Source: Patescibacteria group bacterium UBA3466
Lineage (GTDB): Bacteria > Patescibacteriota > Minisyncoccia > Phycocordibacterales > UBA918
DNA length: 64,000 nucleotides
Reading direction: 5' to 3'
Assembly (NCBI GenBank): GCA_002378195.1
Contig: DFRJ01000002.1
Coordinates: forward strand, 329,677-393,676
A program made the position numbers and the translations under genes. This document shows positions 1 through 8,898 of this stretch, piece by piece (position 1 is the first letter of the stretch; every line of letters starts with the position of its first letter). Under the pieces are notes generated by a model. The model was not told the DNA's origin and ran no database searches. It saw only the letters and a list, made by a program, of their open reading frames with translations.

Positions 1-339
1 GGCTTCAGCCTCTTTCTTTCGCTCTTCGTTCCTGATTCTATACTGCTCTGAAGTATCAATTGTGGCAGAGTTGATGTCGTTAAATTCTTGCAACAACGAG
101 TAATCCTCAAGATTTTGGAAAGTGATTGTTTCAAGATTCTCCCACCCTAGACCCTCTACACTTGCCGGGAAAATTTTAACTGTTCTTACCTCGTAAAGGT
201 CAGCAAAGAATTGTGCGTAAGCTGTAATAGCTCCTAGTGATAGCGCTACACCACAAATAGCCCACAGGAGTGGTTTTTTCGCTTTAAATAGGGTTATTTT
301 ATTGTTACCTCCTAAGTTGTGAGAATTAAATTTTTTCAC
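1..339 (-). CDS. 5' portion of a secreted or membrane protein (N-terminal signal/TM segment KKPLLWAICGVALSLGAITAYAQ). The gene continues past the window start and its start codon is uncertain (GTG at 337-339, or ATG at 391-393 inside a palindrome)
   Basis: The minus-strand frame is open from about 393 to position 1 with no stop. There is a hydrophobic signal-like N-terminus. An AGGAGG sits at 308-313 (minus strand) but no canonical start codon follows it. Confidence 0.3.
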   Translation of the reverse strand, partial: MKKFNSHNLGGNNKITLFKAKKPLLWAICGVALSLGAITAYAQFFADLYEVRTVKIFPASVEGLGWENLETITFQNLEDYSLLQEFNDINSATIDTSEQYRIRNEERKKEAEA

Positions 340-380
340 TAACCTACGCACCTGTCCAGGTAGAACAGGGCTTAGAATAA

Positions 381-417
381 TTATAACGCGCATGATCTTT
401 GATCATGCGCGTTATAG
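381..417. promoter_or_regulatory. Perfect 37-bp palindrome TTATAACGCGCATGATC-TTT-GATCATGCGCGTTATAA (17-bp arms). It lies downstream of the cohesin gene and upstream of the partial gene at the window start; it is a candidate terminator or operator
   Basis: The perfect inverted repeat is read directly from the sequence. Its half-site, TAACGCGCATG, resembles the half-site of the palindrome at 33237-33270. Confidence 0.5.
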
Positions 418-445
418 ACATTTTCTGTGGATTTTTCAGTATTAT

Positions 446-1984
446 TTACCGCAAAATCGTTTTTACATCATTGATTTCTTTCTCAATCAAGGTCTCGGAT
501 ACTTCCAATGCTTGAGTGAGCCCTTCTACAGCTTCTTTTTCTTTCGCTGACAACCGTTTCCTCTTAGTTATTTCGTTGATCTGGTCGTAGATTTCATCCC
601 TGAGGGCTGAGAAGATTTTCTCCATCTGATCCTGAATTTCTCTTGTTTCTCGACGCAACTTCTCTTCTTTCTCCTTCAAATTTCGGTGCTCATACCAGAA
701 GTATATTATCTGGAGAATAATTATAACAATTAAGAAGAAAATAAATAAGTTGGTGGCTGTGAAGAAGTCCCAGAACGAGCCTTCATCCAAATCTTCTACT
801 GGTTTTACCCATCCTGCCTCGATCAGAACTGGCGCGCTACTTTCTCGCTCATTCCCAGCCATGTCCGTCGCCACAACCTTTACTGTATAGGTACCGTCTA
901 TTAGTTCTCGCAGCAGATATCCTAGGCGAGCTTCATCTGGCGTAATACGGATTGGCTCATTGTCCGCGATGGTCATCTCATAGTAGTCAATTCCTGAAGT
1001 TTTATCATCTGCCTCAAATCGAACTAGCGGGAATGAATCCGGAGTGTTACCAGGCACAATCGTTACCACGAATGGTTCTGGCGGGGTTGTGTCTATCTTG
1101 AGCTTTCTGTTTGTTACTGCACCCCAGCCTACTTGGTTTTGGAAGTTGATACTTACGTATTGCTCACCATCTGAGACCAACTCTGGTGTAATAGCAAATT
1201 CTTCTACCGGTGGATCAATGATTGCCTCTTCATTATCTTGAGGCACATTCTCTGGATCATCACTAATTTCAATTGCTACGACATTTACATCAAACGGTAG
1301 TGTCCAAGTGAAGAGTCCGGTTGTTTCGTTGTACCACGTATCTGGATCAAGGAAGGTTTGTGATCCGATTTCCGGTGGACGTGGTGGATCTCCAAAGATA
1401 ATAGCTTCACCATCTTCCGAACTAACGTCTCCTTCATCAGATGTTGGCTCTGGTGTCGGAGTAGGCTCCGGAGTTGGAGTTGCAGCGGCAGTCACACTGT
1501 ATGAAGCGTTTGTTGCACTTCCGTACACATCTGTACCTCGTCCGTCTGCCGCCAAAACAGACGCTTCAGAAACTGTTACATTTCCAGTACCCTCACCGAC
1601 CACTCTAAATGTGACGGTCAATAAGTTTGAAGTAGAAGTAAACGGAGTAGGGCTTCCGCCGCCAAACTCAATCGTCCCAGCTGAATTTGAAAAAGTAGGT
1701 TCAGTTGTCCATAGTGAAAAAACTGAACCATCCTTACTAAGACTAACTACAGATAGTACGTCGGAATTAAAGTTCAAGGTAGATTCAACAGCATTAATAT
1801 TATCCCCATTAGGAACGGCTCTGATGGTGGCTGTAAACGTCTGTCCAGATGAATATGAACCGGTGCTTGGCGAAATAGCCAGGTCTGCAGCCAAAGCAAT
1901 GGTTAGAGAAGCGTAAAACGCAAATAGGCCGATTGCTAATGCGGCGAGGAAATGAACGGTTTTTTTAATAAGGTACTGCATCAT
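446..1984 (-). CDS. Membrane-anchored surface protein with an N-terminal cohesin-like domain, a PT/PE-rich linker, a C-terminal TM helix and a cytoplasmic coiled-coil tail
   Basis: The N-terminus is a signal peptide (LAALAIGLFAFYASLTIALA). The next ~140 aa (ISPSTGSYSSGQTF...LTVTFRVVGEGTGNVTV) look like a cohesin domain. The linker is TPTPEPTPTPEPT. A hydrophobic helix (LFIFFLIVIIILQIIYFW) is followed by a K/E-rich coiled coil. Confidence 0.6.
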   Translation of the reverse strand: MMQYLIKKTVHFLAALAIGLFAFYASLTIALAADLAISPSTGSYSSGQTFTATIRAVPNGDNINAVESTLNFNSDVLSVVSLSKDGSVFSLWTTEPTFSNSAGTIEFGGGSPTPFTSTSNLLTVTFRVVGEGTGNVTVSEASVLAADGRGTDVYGSATNASYSVTAAATPTPEPTPTPEPTSDEGDVSSEDGEAIIFGDPPRPPEIGSQTFLDPDTWYNETTGLFTWTLPFDVNVVAIEISDDPENVPQDNEEAIIDPPVEEFAITPELVSDGEQYVSINFQNQVGWGAVTNRKLKIDTTPPEPFVVTIVPGNTPDSFPLVRFEADDKTSGIDYYEMTIADNEPIRITPDEARLGYLLRELIDGTYTVKVVATDMAGNERESSAPVLIEAGWVKPVEDLDEGSFWDFFTATNLFIFFLIVIIILQIIYFWYEHRNLKEKEEKLRRETREIQDQMEKIFSALRDEIYDQINEITKRKRLSAKEKEAVEGLTQALEVSETLIEKEINDVKTILR

Positions 1985-2005
1985 AATGAACTAAGAACTG
2001 TTAAT

Positions 2006-2488
2006 CTATTTTGGTTTTGGTCTACCCCGACCAATACTCCTACTTCCGGTAACACGCAATTTTACTTTTTCTTTCTCACTAGGTTTCAGCAGCGGCAAAA
2101 CTAATATTAGAACACCGTTCTTTATTTTTGCTTCAGCTTTATCAATATTTACACTTTCCGGGAGGATAATTCTGCGATAAAAATCTCCCCATACACACTC
2201 CTCAGCCACAAAGGATCCTTTAACTTTCTTCTTCGGAAAAACAATATATTCTGGGCGAATCCTCTTTCCCTCTATTAAAACAATATCAGCATCACCTTCA
2301 ATCGAGACATGCACATCGTTCATGTCGGCGCCAGCAGACTGTGCATACACAACAATCATGCGTTCGGTCTGGAAAACGTCTACGTGGAGTTGGGCAATTT
2401 TGTCCGCAGCAGTTTCTTCATCTGCTGACAGAAGTGTCTTTTCACCACTTCTTACTCCCTTACCTTTTAGTCTTTGCAGAAAGGACAT
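2006..2488 (-). CDS. Hsp20/alpha-crystallin family small heat-shock protein
   Basis: The alpha-crystallin domain is recognisable, with the characteristic GVLILVLP segment and an I-x-I-like C-terminal tail. It is 160 aa long. Confidence 0.8.
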   Translation of the reverse strand: MSFLQRLKGKGVRSGEKTLLSADEETAADKIAQLHVDVFQTERMIVVYAQSAGADMNDVHVSIEGDADIVLIEGKRIRPEYIVFPKKKVKGSFVAEECVWGDFYRRIILPESVNIDKAEAKIKNGVLILVLPLLKPSEKEKVKLRVTGSRSIGRGRPKPK

Positions 2489-2575
2489 ACCCTAACATTA
2501 TACTGGTGAACCAGGATTATTTTTTAGTTTTACCCACATATTTTATATTTAAGTAACATCTACCAAGGCTAGACT

Positions 2576-4540
2576 CTATCCAGTCCAGTTAAAGAGTAAG
2601 ATTGAGAAGTCAGTCAGGTTTACCGACCCATCCAGGTTGATGTCAGCTGGCGGATCCGAATCTCCCCCGTTACTGTTCCACCAGAACAACAAGATCGAGA
2701 AGTCAATCAAGTTAACGCTGCCGTCCCTATTTAAATCAGCGTTAATTGGCAATTCAGCATCCTGTCCTACTCCATAAAAAGTATAGTTTGAGAATTGTGT
2801 TTCCGCTCCACCATCTTGCTCTGACCTAGCCCGAACCTGGTACGTGTCACGACTAAATCCTTGAGTGCTGAGCTCTATACTCCATAGACCTGCACCGTTT
2901 GAGGTTGTCACCAGACTATCGGTAGCGGGCAAATTAATACGACTATTCTCTACTGTCACTGTAGCATTTGGTAGTGCGGAACCAGAAAACGTTACTGTTT
3001 GTCCAGGATCAACCGGATCCGGCGTGACTAATATAGTTGGTGCGATATTAATATTACTCAAAGCAGATGTACGTGCACCAGTCACCGTGAATGATGTGCT
3101 AAAGGTGGAAGATCGAGTGTCGTCACCATCTTCTGCATAGACACCGAAGGTATAAGCCCCTCTAGCAATTTCATCGATAGTAATATCATACTCACCTCGA
3201 CTGTTTGTCCGGGTACTATCTACAAAATTACCATCTACTAATATGGAAACTGTACTGTTGGGGTAAGCATAACCAGACACAACAACCCGACCGTCTCCAC
3301 TTCGATAAGGCGCATCTTCACTTTCAAAACCACCCCCAGCAGACGAGCCTGAGTTACCCCCAGAACCACCTCCGCCTCCTCCGCCGCCTCCTCCGGTACC
3401 ACTAGAACCACCTTCTAGTGGGGCCTCTCCATCGGCTTCACCTTCAGTTCCTCCACCACCATCACCAGTTCCAGTCCCTGAGTCTCCTGATCCAGTACCA
3501 TCACCTTCAGTTGAACCTTCGTCATTGGCTGTACCAGTTGGCTGCTCGTTCACAACAAAGCTAATGATGTAGTCGTCGATATTAAAGTTTCCTTCGTCGT
3601 CGATACATCTAACATAGAAAGTTGCCAACGTTCCCGGCGTCACAGCCACTACCGTTGAATGATAAATCAATCCGGTATTAGAGAATAATTCAGTCATCGA
3701 GCCGAAAGCCGTACCGGCGGTTGTGGAATAGCGACAAAAAGCAAATTCGTCAGTCTCCAGTGAGATTTCCACACTCAAGGTCGTACCTCCCACTGTACTA
3801 GTCGGCGACCCGTTAAAACGATACGGCGGTATCTCTTCGGTAGTATCAATGTTCGGCATCGATACGCGCCTATTTAAAAAGATTACAAAATCTGCGTTAG
3901 CCACCAAGCCACCGTCATATATCTCCATCTGCACATCATGCCGACCAAGTACCGAACTATTAACTATCGGCTCCACATCAGCAGCGGTAGTGGTGGTACC
4001 GGTACTAGTACTGAATCCTGTAGAAGCGGCATTGGCAGTACCGGTATGACTACCGATCCTTAACTCGAGATTAGAGCTAGAAGAAATTCCTGAGTCAGGT
4101 GCCAGAGTATAGCGAATAAAACCTGGGCTCCCAGTTGTAATATCTACCCCGTCCACCCCAGGCGAAGGTGTGGTCGTAGACACTCTCGGTACACCATCTA
4201 CAAACAGCTGTACATTTCGCACATCAAAAGTAGAAGTGGCCAGGATCTCAAAACCGTCTGGAGGAGTGACTTCTATTTGGCTACTCGGTGAAATATCAGT
4301 ATTAAGTACGAATGATAGCGTATGATTGGCCGGAGCGTTTGGTGCCGAATCAGAAATAACATCACTATACTCTAAGATATTTACTGCCGCAGCCTCATTT
4401 GGGAATAGCACAAACACCCAACTCAGCAAAAGAGCCGCGGCTATAGCCAAAAACTTGTATCGGTTGGATACTAAATTCATATTTAATATATTGTACCTTG
4501 TAGACTGCGGTTTTTTTGTCGCATTACACAGTTGTAGCAA
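2576..4540 (-). CDS. Secreted protein with a Gly-rich linker, Ig-like region and a C-terminal type-I dockerin (two Ca-binding repeats)
   Basis: The N-terminus is a signal peptide. A long Gly stretch (GGGGGGGGGGSGG) follows. The C-terminus has DLNRDGSVNLIDFSILLFWW and DINLDGSVNLTDFSILLFNW, which match the dockerin DxNxDGxVNxxD-helix repeat pair. Confidence 0.65.
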   Translation of the reverse strand: MLQLCNATKKPQSTRYNILNMNLVSNRYKFLAIAAALLLSWVFVLFPNEAAAVNILEYSDVISDSAPNAPANHTLSFVLNTDISPSSQIEVTPPDGFEILATSTFDVRNVQLFVDGVPRVSTTTPSPGVDGVDITTGSPGFIRYTLAPDSGISSSSNLELRIGSHTGTANAASTGFSTSTGTTTTAADVEPIVNSSVLGRHDVQMEIYDGGLVANADFVIFLNRRVSMPNIDTTEEIPPYRFNGSPTSTVGGTTLSVEISLETDEFAFCRYSTTAGTAFGSMTELFSNTGLIYHSTVVAVTPGTLATFYVRCIDDEGNFNIDDYIISFVVNEQPTGTANDEGSTEGDGTGSGDSGTGTGDGGGGTEGEADGEAPLEGGSSGTGGGGGGGGGGSGGNSGSSAGGGFESEDAPYRSGDGRVVVSGYAYPNSTVSILVDGNFVDSTRTNSRGEYDITIDEIARGAYTFGVYAEDGDDTRSSTFSTSFTVTGARTSALSNINIAPTILVTPDPVDPGQTVTFSGSALPNATVTVENSRINLPATDSLVTTSNGAGLWSIELSTQGFSRDTYQVRARSEQDGGAETQFSNYTFYGVGQDAELPINADLNRDGSVNLIDFSILLFWWNSNGGDSDPPADINLDGSVNLTDFSILLFNWTG

Positions 4541-4931
4541 CCGGCTCCTTCTGTCGCAGATAGTCGAGTGCGTAGTTTAGGAGTATCAAGACCAACAGCA
4601 GAAACAAAATGCTGGCCAAAACATAAGTCGAGGTGTCAGATCCTTGCGCAGTGCCGCCAGTAGACAGCTCAACGGCAATCTCTCGCTCTCGCAAAGCTGA
4701 CTCCCGCTCTTCAAGTTCACGCTGCTTTTGCGTTAAAGCAGCTGTGTACTTATTAAGTTCAGTCGGTTCAACTGAAGCTGAGGCACCGACTGCGTTGGCC
4801 AGATAGAGCTGTGTGTCGTCAGCCAATTTTGCCGTCGAATCATCAATCAGTCCGCTTACGAACACCAAGACACAAGTACAGACAACGGCCGACACCCGTA
4901 ACAAACTATGATAGACACTATTTTCAATCAT
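4524..4931 (-). CDS. Small membrane protein with a central coiled coil (TM - coiled coil - TM)
   Basis: Two hydrophobic segments flank QKQRELEERESALREREIAVE. I found no recognised family. Confidence 0.4.
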   Translation of the reverse strand: MIENSVYHSLLRVSAVVCTCVLVFVSGLIDDSTAKLADDTQLYLANAVGASASVEPTELNKYTAALTQKQRELEERESALREREIAVELSTGGTAQGSDTSTYVLASILFLLLVLILLNYALDYLRQKEPVATTV

Positions 4932-4948
4932 GCCTCTATTCTAGCAAG

Positions 4949-6028
4949 CTAAGCAAAAAGGGCTAGTAATACGATGAGGAAGAGCGCTGTCACTGTCAGA
5001 GACACAATAACCACCAACAACAAGGCTGAGGAGTTTCCGTTCCGTCTTCGGCGTACCAAGCGTCTACCTTGACTCAAGTGTGCGAGCGATCGACGGATGT
5101 ATAGTTTTACAATAATAAATGTGATCAGCAATAAGACCCCCAACGCTAGAGCCGCCGGCCCAATCACACTCATTGGCAAAATCCAGAAAGAGACTGTGGT
5201 AGACATGGTCTTTTTTGCCCCTAAGTCTCCATACACCGGACTTACAATCGCTTCATAGCGTCCGAAACCTAGTGAATCACCAGTCCAATTTACATTAAGA
5301 AAGTCTCTTGAATCATTTGGAAAGACGGCGGACTGATCCGGATTAAAAGTAATGCTACCGACTTTGTTTCCTAGCATATTGAAAACTTCTAGCGGACCAG
5401 TTGGTCGCACCAGTACGTTTCCCGTGTTTTCAATACGCACCAAGAAATCGACATTTTGTGAACCATACAAAAACTTTGAAGTCGAGAATTGGCGAATACT
5501 AGCTTGCTCAACAGCTTCCCCTGACACCCTGATACTGATGATGTTTGCTACCTGATATCCAACTGCAGCCCCACTCTTTTCAATCTCAGGCGGTTCAACC
5601 GACAAAAACACGCCACCAAAATGACTCCCAGGAGAGGCATTCTCAGGCACCTCCATCGTAAACTCAATATGAACAATACCTTCGCCCGGTATGGTTATTT
5701 GATCGTAAGGCAATGTTATCCAATCGGCCAACTCGTAGCCAGTTACCTCTAAATTGCTCTGGGCGAATATCGGCGATCCACCCTCTCTAACTCCAGAAAT
5801 ATTCCTAGTAAATAGGTAAAAAGTCTGCTCGTTACTGTTTAGATTCTCAACTTTTAGCGAGTAACTATTAACTGCTCCAGGATCAAGCGTTTCTTCAATG
5901 GTGGCCGGGTTAATACTAACGCCAGTACCTTGGGCATGTAGCGAAGCAGGCACCGCATACGCAAGACATAATAAGAATAGTCCGAAAAATAAGTGTTTCA
6001 AGCGGCTAAGACGACAGTTGTAGTGCAT
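4949..6028 (-). CDS. Cell-surface protein with signal peptide and C-terminal TM anchor plus basic tail, reminiscent of the DUF916/CscA class
   Basis: Signal peptide (LCLAYAVPASLHA). Beta-rich body. C-terminal TM followed by RRSLAHLSQGRRLVRRRRNG. The architecture matches DUF916-type surface proteins, but the family assignment is an inference. Confidence 0.45.
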   Translation of the reverse strand: MHYNCRLSRLKHLFFGLFLLCLAYAVPASLHAQGTGVSINPATIEETLDPGAVNSYSLKVENLNSNEQTFYLFTRNISGVREGGSPIFAQSNLEVTGYELADWITLPYDQITIPGEGIVHIEFTMEVPENASPGSHFGGVFLSVEPPEIEKSGAAVGYQVANIISIRVSGEAVEQASIRQFSTSKFLYGSQNVDFLVRIENTGNVLVRPTGPLEVFNMLGNKVGSITFNPDQSAVFPNDSRDFLNVNWTGDSLGFGRYEAIVSPVYGDLGAKKTMSTTVSFWILPMSVIGPAALALGVLLLITFIIVKLYIRRSLAHLSQGRRLVRRRRNGNSSALLLVVIVSLTVTALFLIVLLALFA

Positions 6029-6102
6029 ATAAAGTTTATAAATTCATTAATGATGATTCATTCTACCACCTAAATACACACACCAAATACTGATGTACAC
6101 AC

Positions 6103-6127
6103 AAAAAGCCCCTTGCGGGGCTTTTTG
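6103..6127 (-). terminator. Intrinsic terminator hairpin AGCCCC-TTGC-GGGGCT flanked by A/T runs (for the 6150-7292 gene, and bidirectional)
   Basis: AAAAAGCCCCTTGCGGGGCTTTTTG read directly from the sequence. Confidence 0.7.
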
Positions 6128-6149
6128 TACCTAAATTAATTCGTAGAAA

Positions 6150-7292
6150 CTAGAATGTAGGTGTTGCAATGTAAGTTAGGTTTGTACTGTAGTCATCAGC
6201 CGCTTCTTGCAGAGCTGTGATTTCAACTTGGTAAAGTACGTCAACCTGACCAATGTTTGCTGTTGAGTTATCAGCTGGGTTATTGTGGTGCATAACTTCA
6301 CGTGGTGTAGTTGATGCTGCGATAAACTCATTAGCTGCAAACTCACTTCCGTAGAATCCTCCAACTGAGTTCAAGTCTGCATCGTTAGTGGTTACACCCC
6401 AGTGTCCCCAGGTAGTTGGGTCATTAACATCTGGTGATGGTGAGGCCCATACTGTATCTGACTCTGACTGATCACCGCCTTCGACGAAGGTGTCGATAAT
6501 AGCTCCAGTTGCAGATTCAAGGTCTCCATCTGTCTGTACTGTAACTACGAATCCGTTTCTTGCATTAGTTTGAACGTTCAACCGTTGCGCTAACGCTTCT
6601 GGTTCTCCAGCTACAAGTGTACCGAAATCTAGCAGCACATCTGAAGATGATCCTGTAGTAGAAGTACCATTAACTGCTGTTGATGTGGCAAGACCTGTAA
6701 TAGTGAAGTCGAACACTGTATCAACGATAGCTCGTACTTCAACGCTATCAACGATAGCTACTCGAGTACGACCTGAGTCACCACTAGCAGAGTCAACGAA
6801 GATTTCATATGATCCGAGTGTTGATGGGTTAGTAATAACTCCAGACGCGACTACGATCTCTACTGTATCACCCGCTGATGCTGCGATTCCGTTGATTGTG
6901 AATGAATCATTGTCTGACGCTACAAATGTTGGAGCTGAGAAACCACCTCCGTTTACTTGAAATGTCAGATCAGAGTTATCGCTGATCACTGAGCTAATGT
7001 CCCCGCCTGCGAAGTCTTGGCCGCCGGCACCGTCATCTTGAGCATCGAAAGTAATTTGGATGTTGTTACCTCCAATAATAGCTGATCCGCCAACTGCAGG
7101 AATCGTAAACTCAATTGAATGAGACGGTTGTGCACTCGGAGCTGAATCAGAAATTGTGTTACTAATGTTTGTAAGGTTAGCTGCTTGTGCATTGTTATAG
7201 ATACCGATTGACATCAATACCATTGCACTTGCAACAAGCGTCGCGACCACTCGTTGCGCAAAGCCAACATTGTTAGTTGCTTTTGCGAACAT
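6150..7292 (-). CDS. Secreted Ser/Thr/Gly-rich surface protein, possibly WxL-like (CscB/C-like). The C-terminus NLTYIATPTF only weakly resembles a WxL motif
   Basis: Signal peptide (MVLMSIGIYNNAQA). It lies next to the DUF916-like gene. The repetitive beta-rich composition is consistent; the WxL assignment is tentative. Confidence 0.4.
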   Translation of the reverse strand: MFAKATNNVGFAQRVVATLVASAMVLMSIGIYNNAQAANLTNISNTISDSAPSAQPSHSIEFTIPAVGGSAIIGGNNIQITFDAQDDGAGGQDFAGGDISSVISDNSDLTFQVNGGGFSAPTFVASDNDSFTINGIAASAGDTVEIVVASGVITNPSTLGSYEIFVDSASGDSGRTRVAIVDSVEVRAIVDTVFDFTITGLATSTAVNGTSTTGSSSDVLLDFGTLVAGEPEALAQRLNVQTNARNGFVVTVQTDGDLESATGAIIDTFVEGGDQSESDTVWASPSPDVNDPTTWGHWGVTTNDADLNSVGGFYGSEFAANEFIAASTTPREVMHHNNPADNSTANIGQVDVLYQVEITALQEAADDYSTNLTYIATPTF

Positions 7293-7602
7293 ATTTTTAT
7301 TATTTATATTTTTGTTAAATAACTTTTACTTCGAAGAAATTCTTTGAAGTGTATCGGCTAAACGGGTTTGTGGAGGGACAAATTTCTACGTTTATGAGAA
7401 AAACTCAGCCTTCGTAGTTTTGTCCTATGCTTAACCGATCTTCCACTATTGTACAAAGTCTTTGAGGTTATGTCCGATTTCAGCTGTTGATAACTATTAC
7501 GGACTGACCTTATTTCCCTTAAATTAGCTTATTTTATATGGACATTTTACTTAAGATTGGGACATTTCTTTTTTTGCTTCTAAAATACAAATGTCCAATA
7601 AT

Positions 7603-8859
7603 TTATCTGGCTTTAACCCTTTTCAGATCTGACCACTGAGTCGTATAAGCTGGTGACCTGGTTTCTGATCTTGATTGCCACTCAGCTTTTTTCAGCCGAC
7701 TTCCGATCTGCACCAATTCACTATCCGCTTTCTCATTTAAAATATCGATAGAACTCATGAGGTCTCTCCTGTCTTCTTCTTTGCAATCATTAAACATAGT
7801 AGTCTGACTTCCTCCAGCCGGCACCAAATTAGATAAGCTAACTCCGACTTTTTTATAGGGCACATCTGGCTCATAGAGCCGCTCCACCAAGTTGCTGGCG
7901 ACTTTCATTAAACTAAGTGTATCGCTAGTTGGGTTGATAAATATCGTTTCATCTGAGCCTCCTCTTAGTAGAAAATCTCCATGTCGATTAGTTCCCAGAT
8001 AAACTCTAATATTCAGTGTTTCTTTAGCTATTCTTCGCAGATCTTCTGCTACATGCCGCACATGATAAGCTACTGCATCTTGCAATACCGCCAGCTCCTT
8101 TGTCTCAACTTTGAAGGATCTTGAACTTAAAATACTCTTTTGTTTTCGATCACCCTGCTCTATCAACAAAGCCGGTTCACTACGCAGTTCAGACTGTATT
8201 CTAAGTCCATTTATACCGAATAATTTAGCCACCACCGACCGATCTAGCGCTGTTAAATCAGCCACTGTTTTTAAACCATGCGATCGATAATTGAGCTCGG
8301 AACTAGCGCCCAGTCCCCATATTTCCGCCAATCTTATACCGTCCACCAATCCGTCCCACTCAGTTTCTCCAATAACCCTTACACCTACGCCTTTTTTGGC
8401 TACGGCGTTGGCGTACTTTGCCTGAGTCTTGGTGAGAGACACGCCAATCGAAACGGGTATACCAACCTCTTGCAAGATGATTGATCTCAGATTATTAGCA
8501 ATATCTTCCACCTCAGCCTCTGGCGGTAAAGTAAAGAATGCTTCGTCGACTGAATACTGCTCAACGTTTGCCAGCTCTCGCTTCACTACCTCAAAAACTC
8601 GCTTTGAGATATCTCGATACAGAGCCAAATGCGAAGAGAACGTTACAATTCCCTCTTTTTTAACAATGTCCTTTATCTTAAAATAAGGGACACCCATAGG
8701 GACACCTATGTCCTTTACTTCTTTAGAGCGAGCCACTACACAGCCGTCATTACTTGATAAAACCAGTACCGGAACATTCTTTAATTCGGGCCTAAAGAGT
8801 CTTTCGCAGGATACAAAAAAATTATTACAATCTAACAATCCGATCCACTGCTTTTTCAT
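7603..8859 (-). CDS. umuC: Y-family translesion DNA polymerase, UmuC-like (Pol V catalytic subunit)
   Basis: N-terminal LLDCNNFFVSCERLFRPEL...VLSSNDGCVVARS matches UmuC (LCDVNAFYASCE...VLSNNDGCVIAR). The catalytic SVDEAF motif is present. The C-terminus YTTQWSDLKRVKA matches the UmuC C-terminus YTTRWSDLLRVK. Confidence 0.85.
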   Translation of the reverse strand: MKKQWIGLLDCNNFFVSCERLFRPELKNVPVLVLSSNDGCVVARSKEVKDIGVPMGVPYFKIKDIVKKEGIVTFSSHLALYRDISKRVFEVVKRELANVEQYSVDEAFFTLPPEAEVEDIANNLRSIILQEVGIPVSIGVSLTKTQAKYANAVAKKGVGVRVIGETEWDGLVDGIRLAEIWGLGASSELNYRSHGLKTVADLTALDRSVVAKLFGINGLRIQSELRSEPALLIEQGDRKQKSILSSRSFKVETKELAVLQDAVAYHVRHVAEDLRRIAKETLNIRVYLGTNRHGDFLLRGGSDETIFINPTSDTLSLMKVASNLVERLYEPDVPYKKVGVSLSNLVPAGGSQTTMFNDCKEEDRRDLMSSIDILNEKADSELVQIGSRLKKAEWQSRSETRSPAYTTQWSDLKRVKAR

Positions 8860-8898
8860 CTGCTAATTATAGCCAGCAAATCAGATGGGAGCAATCGA

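Noticed and set aside
1044-1916. Plus-strand ORFs 1044-1241 and 1308-1916 (65 and 202 aa)
   Set aside because: They are entirely antisense to the cohesin-like gene and have a low-complexity, Ser/Gly/Val-rich translation typical of antisense frames. No RBS.
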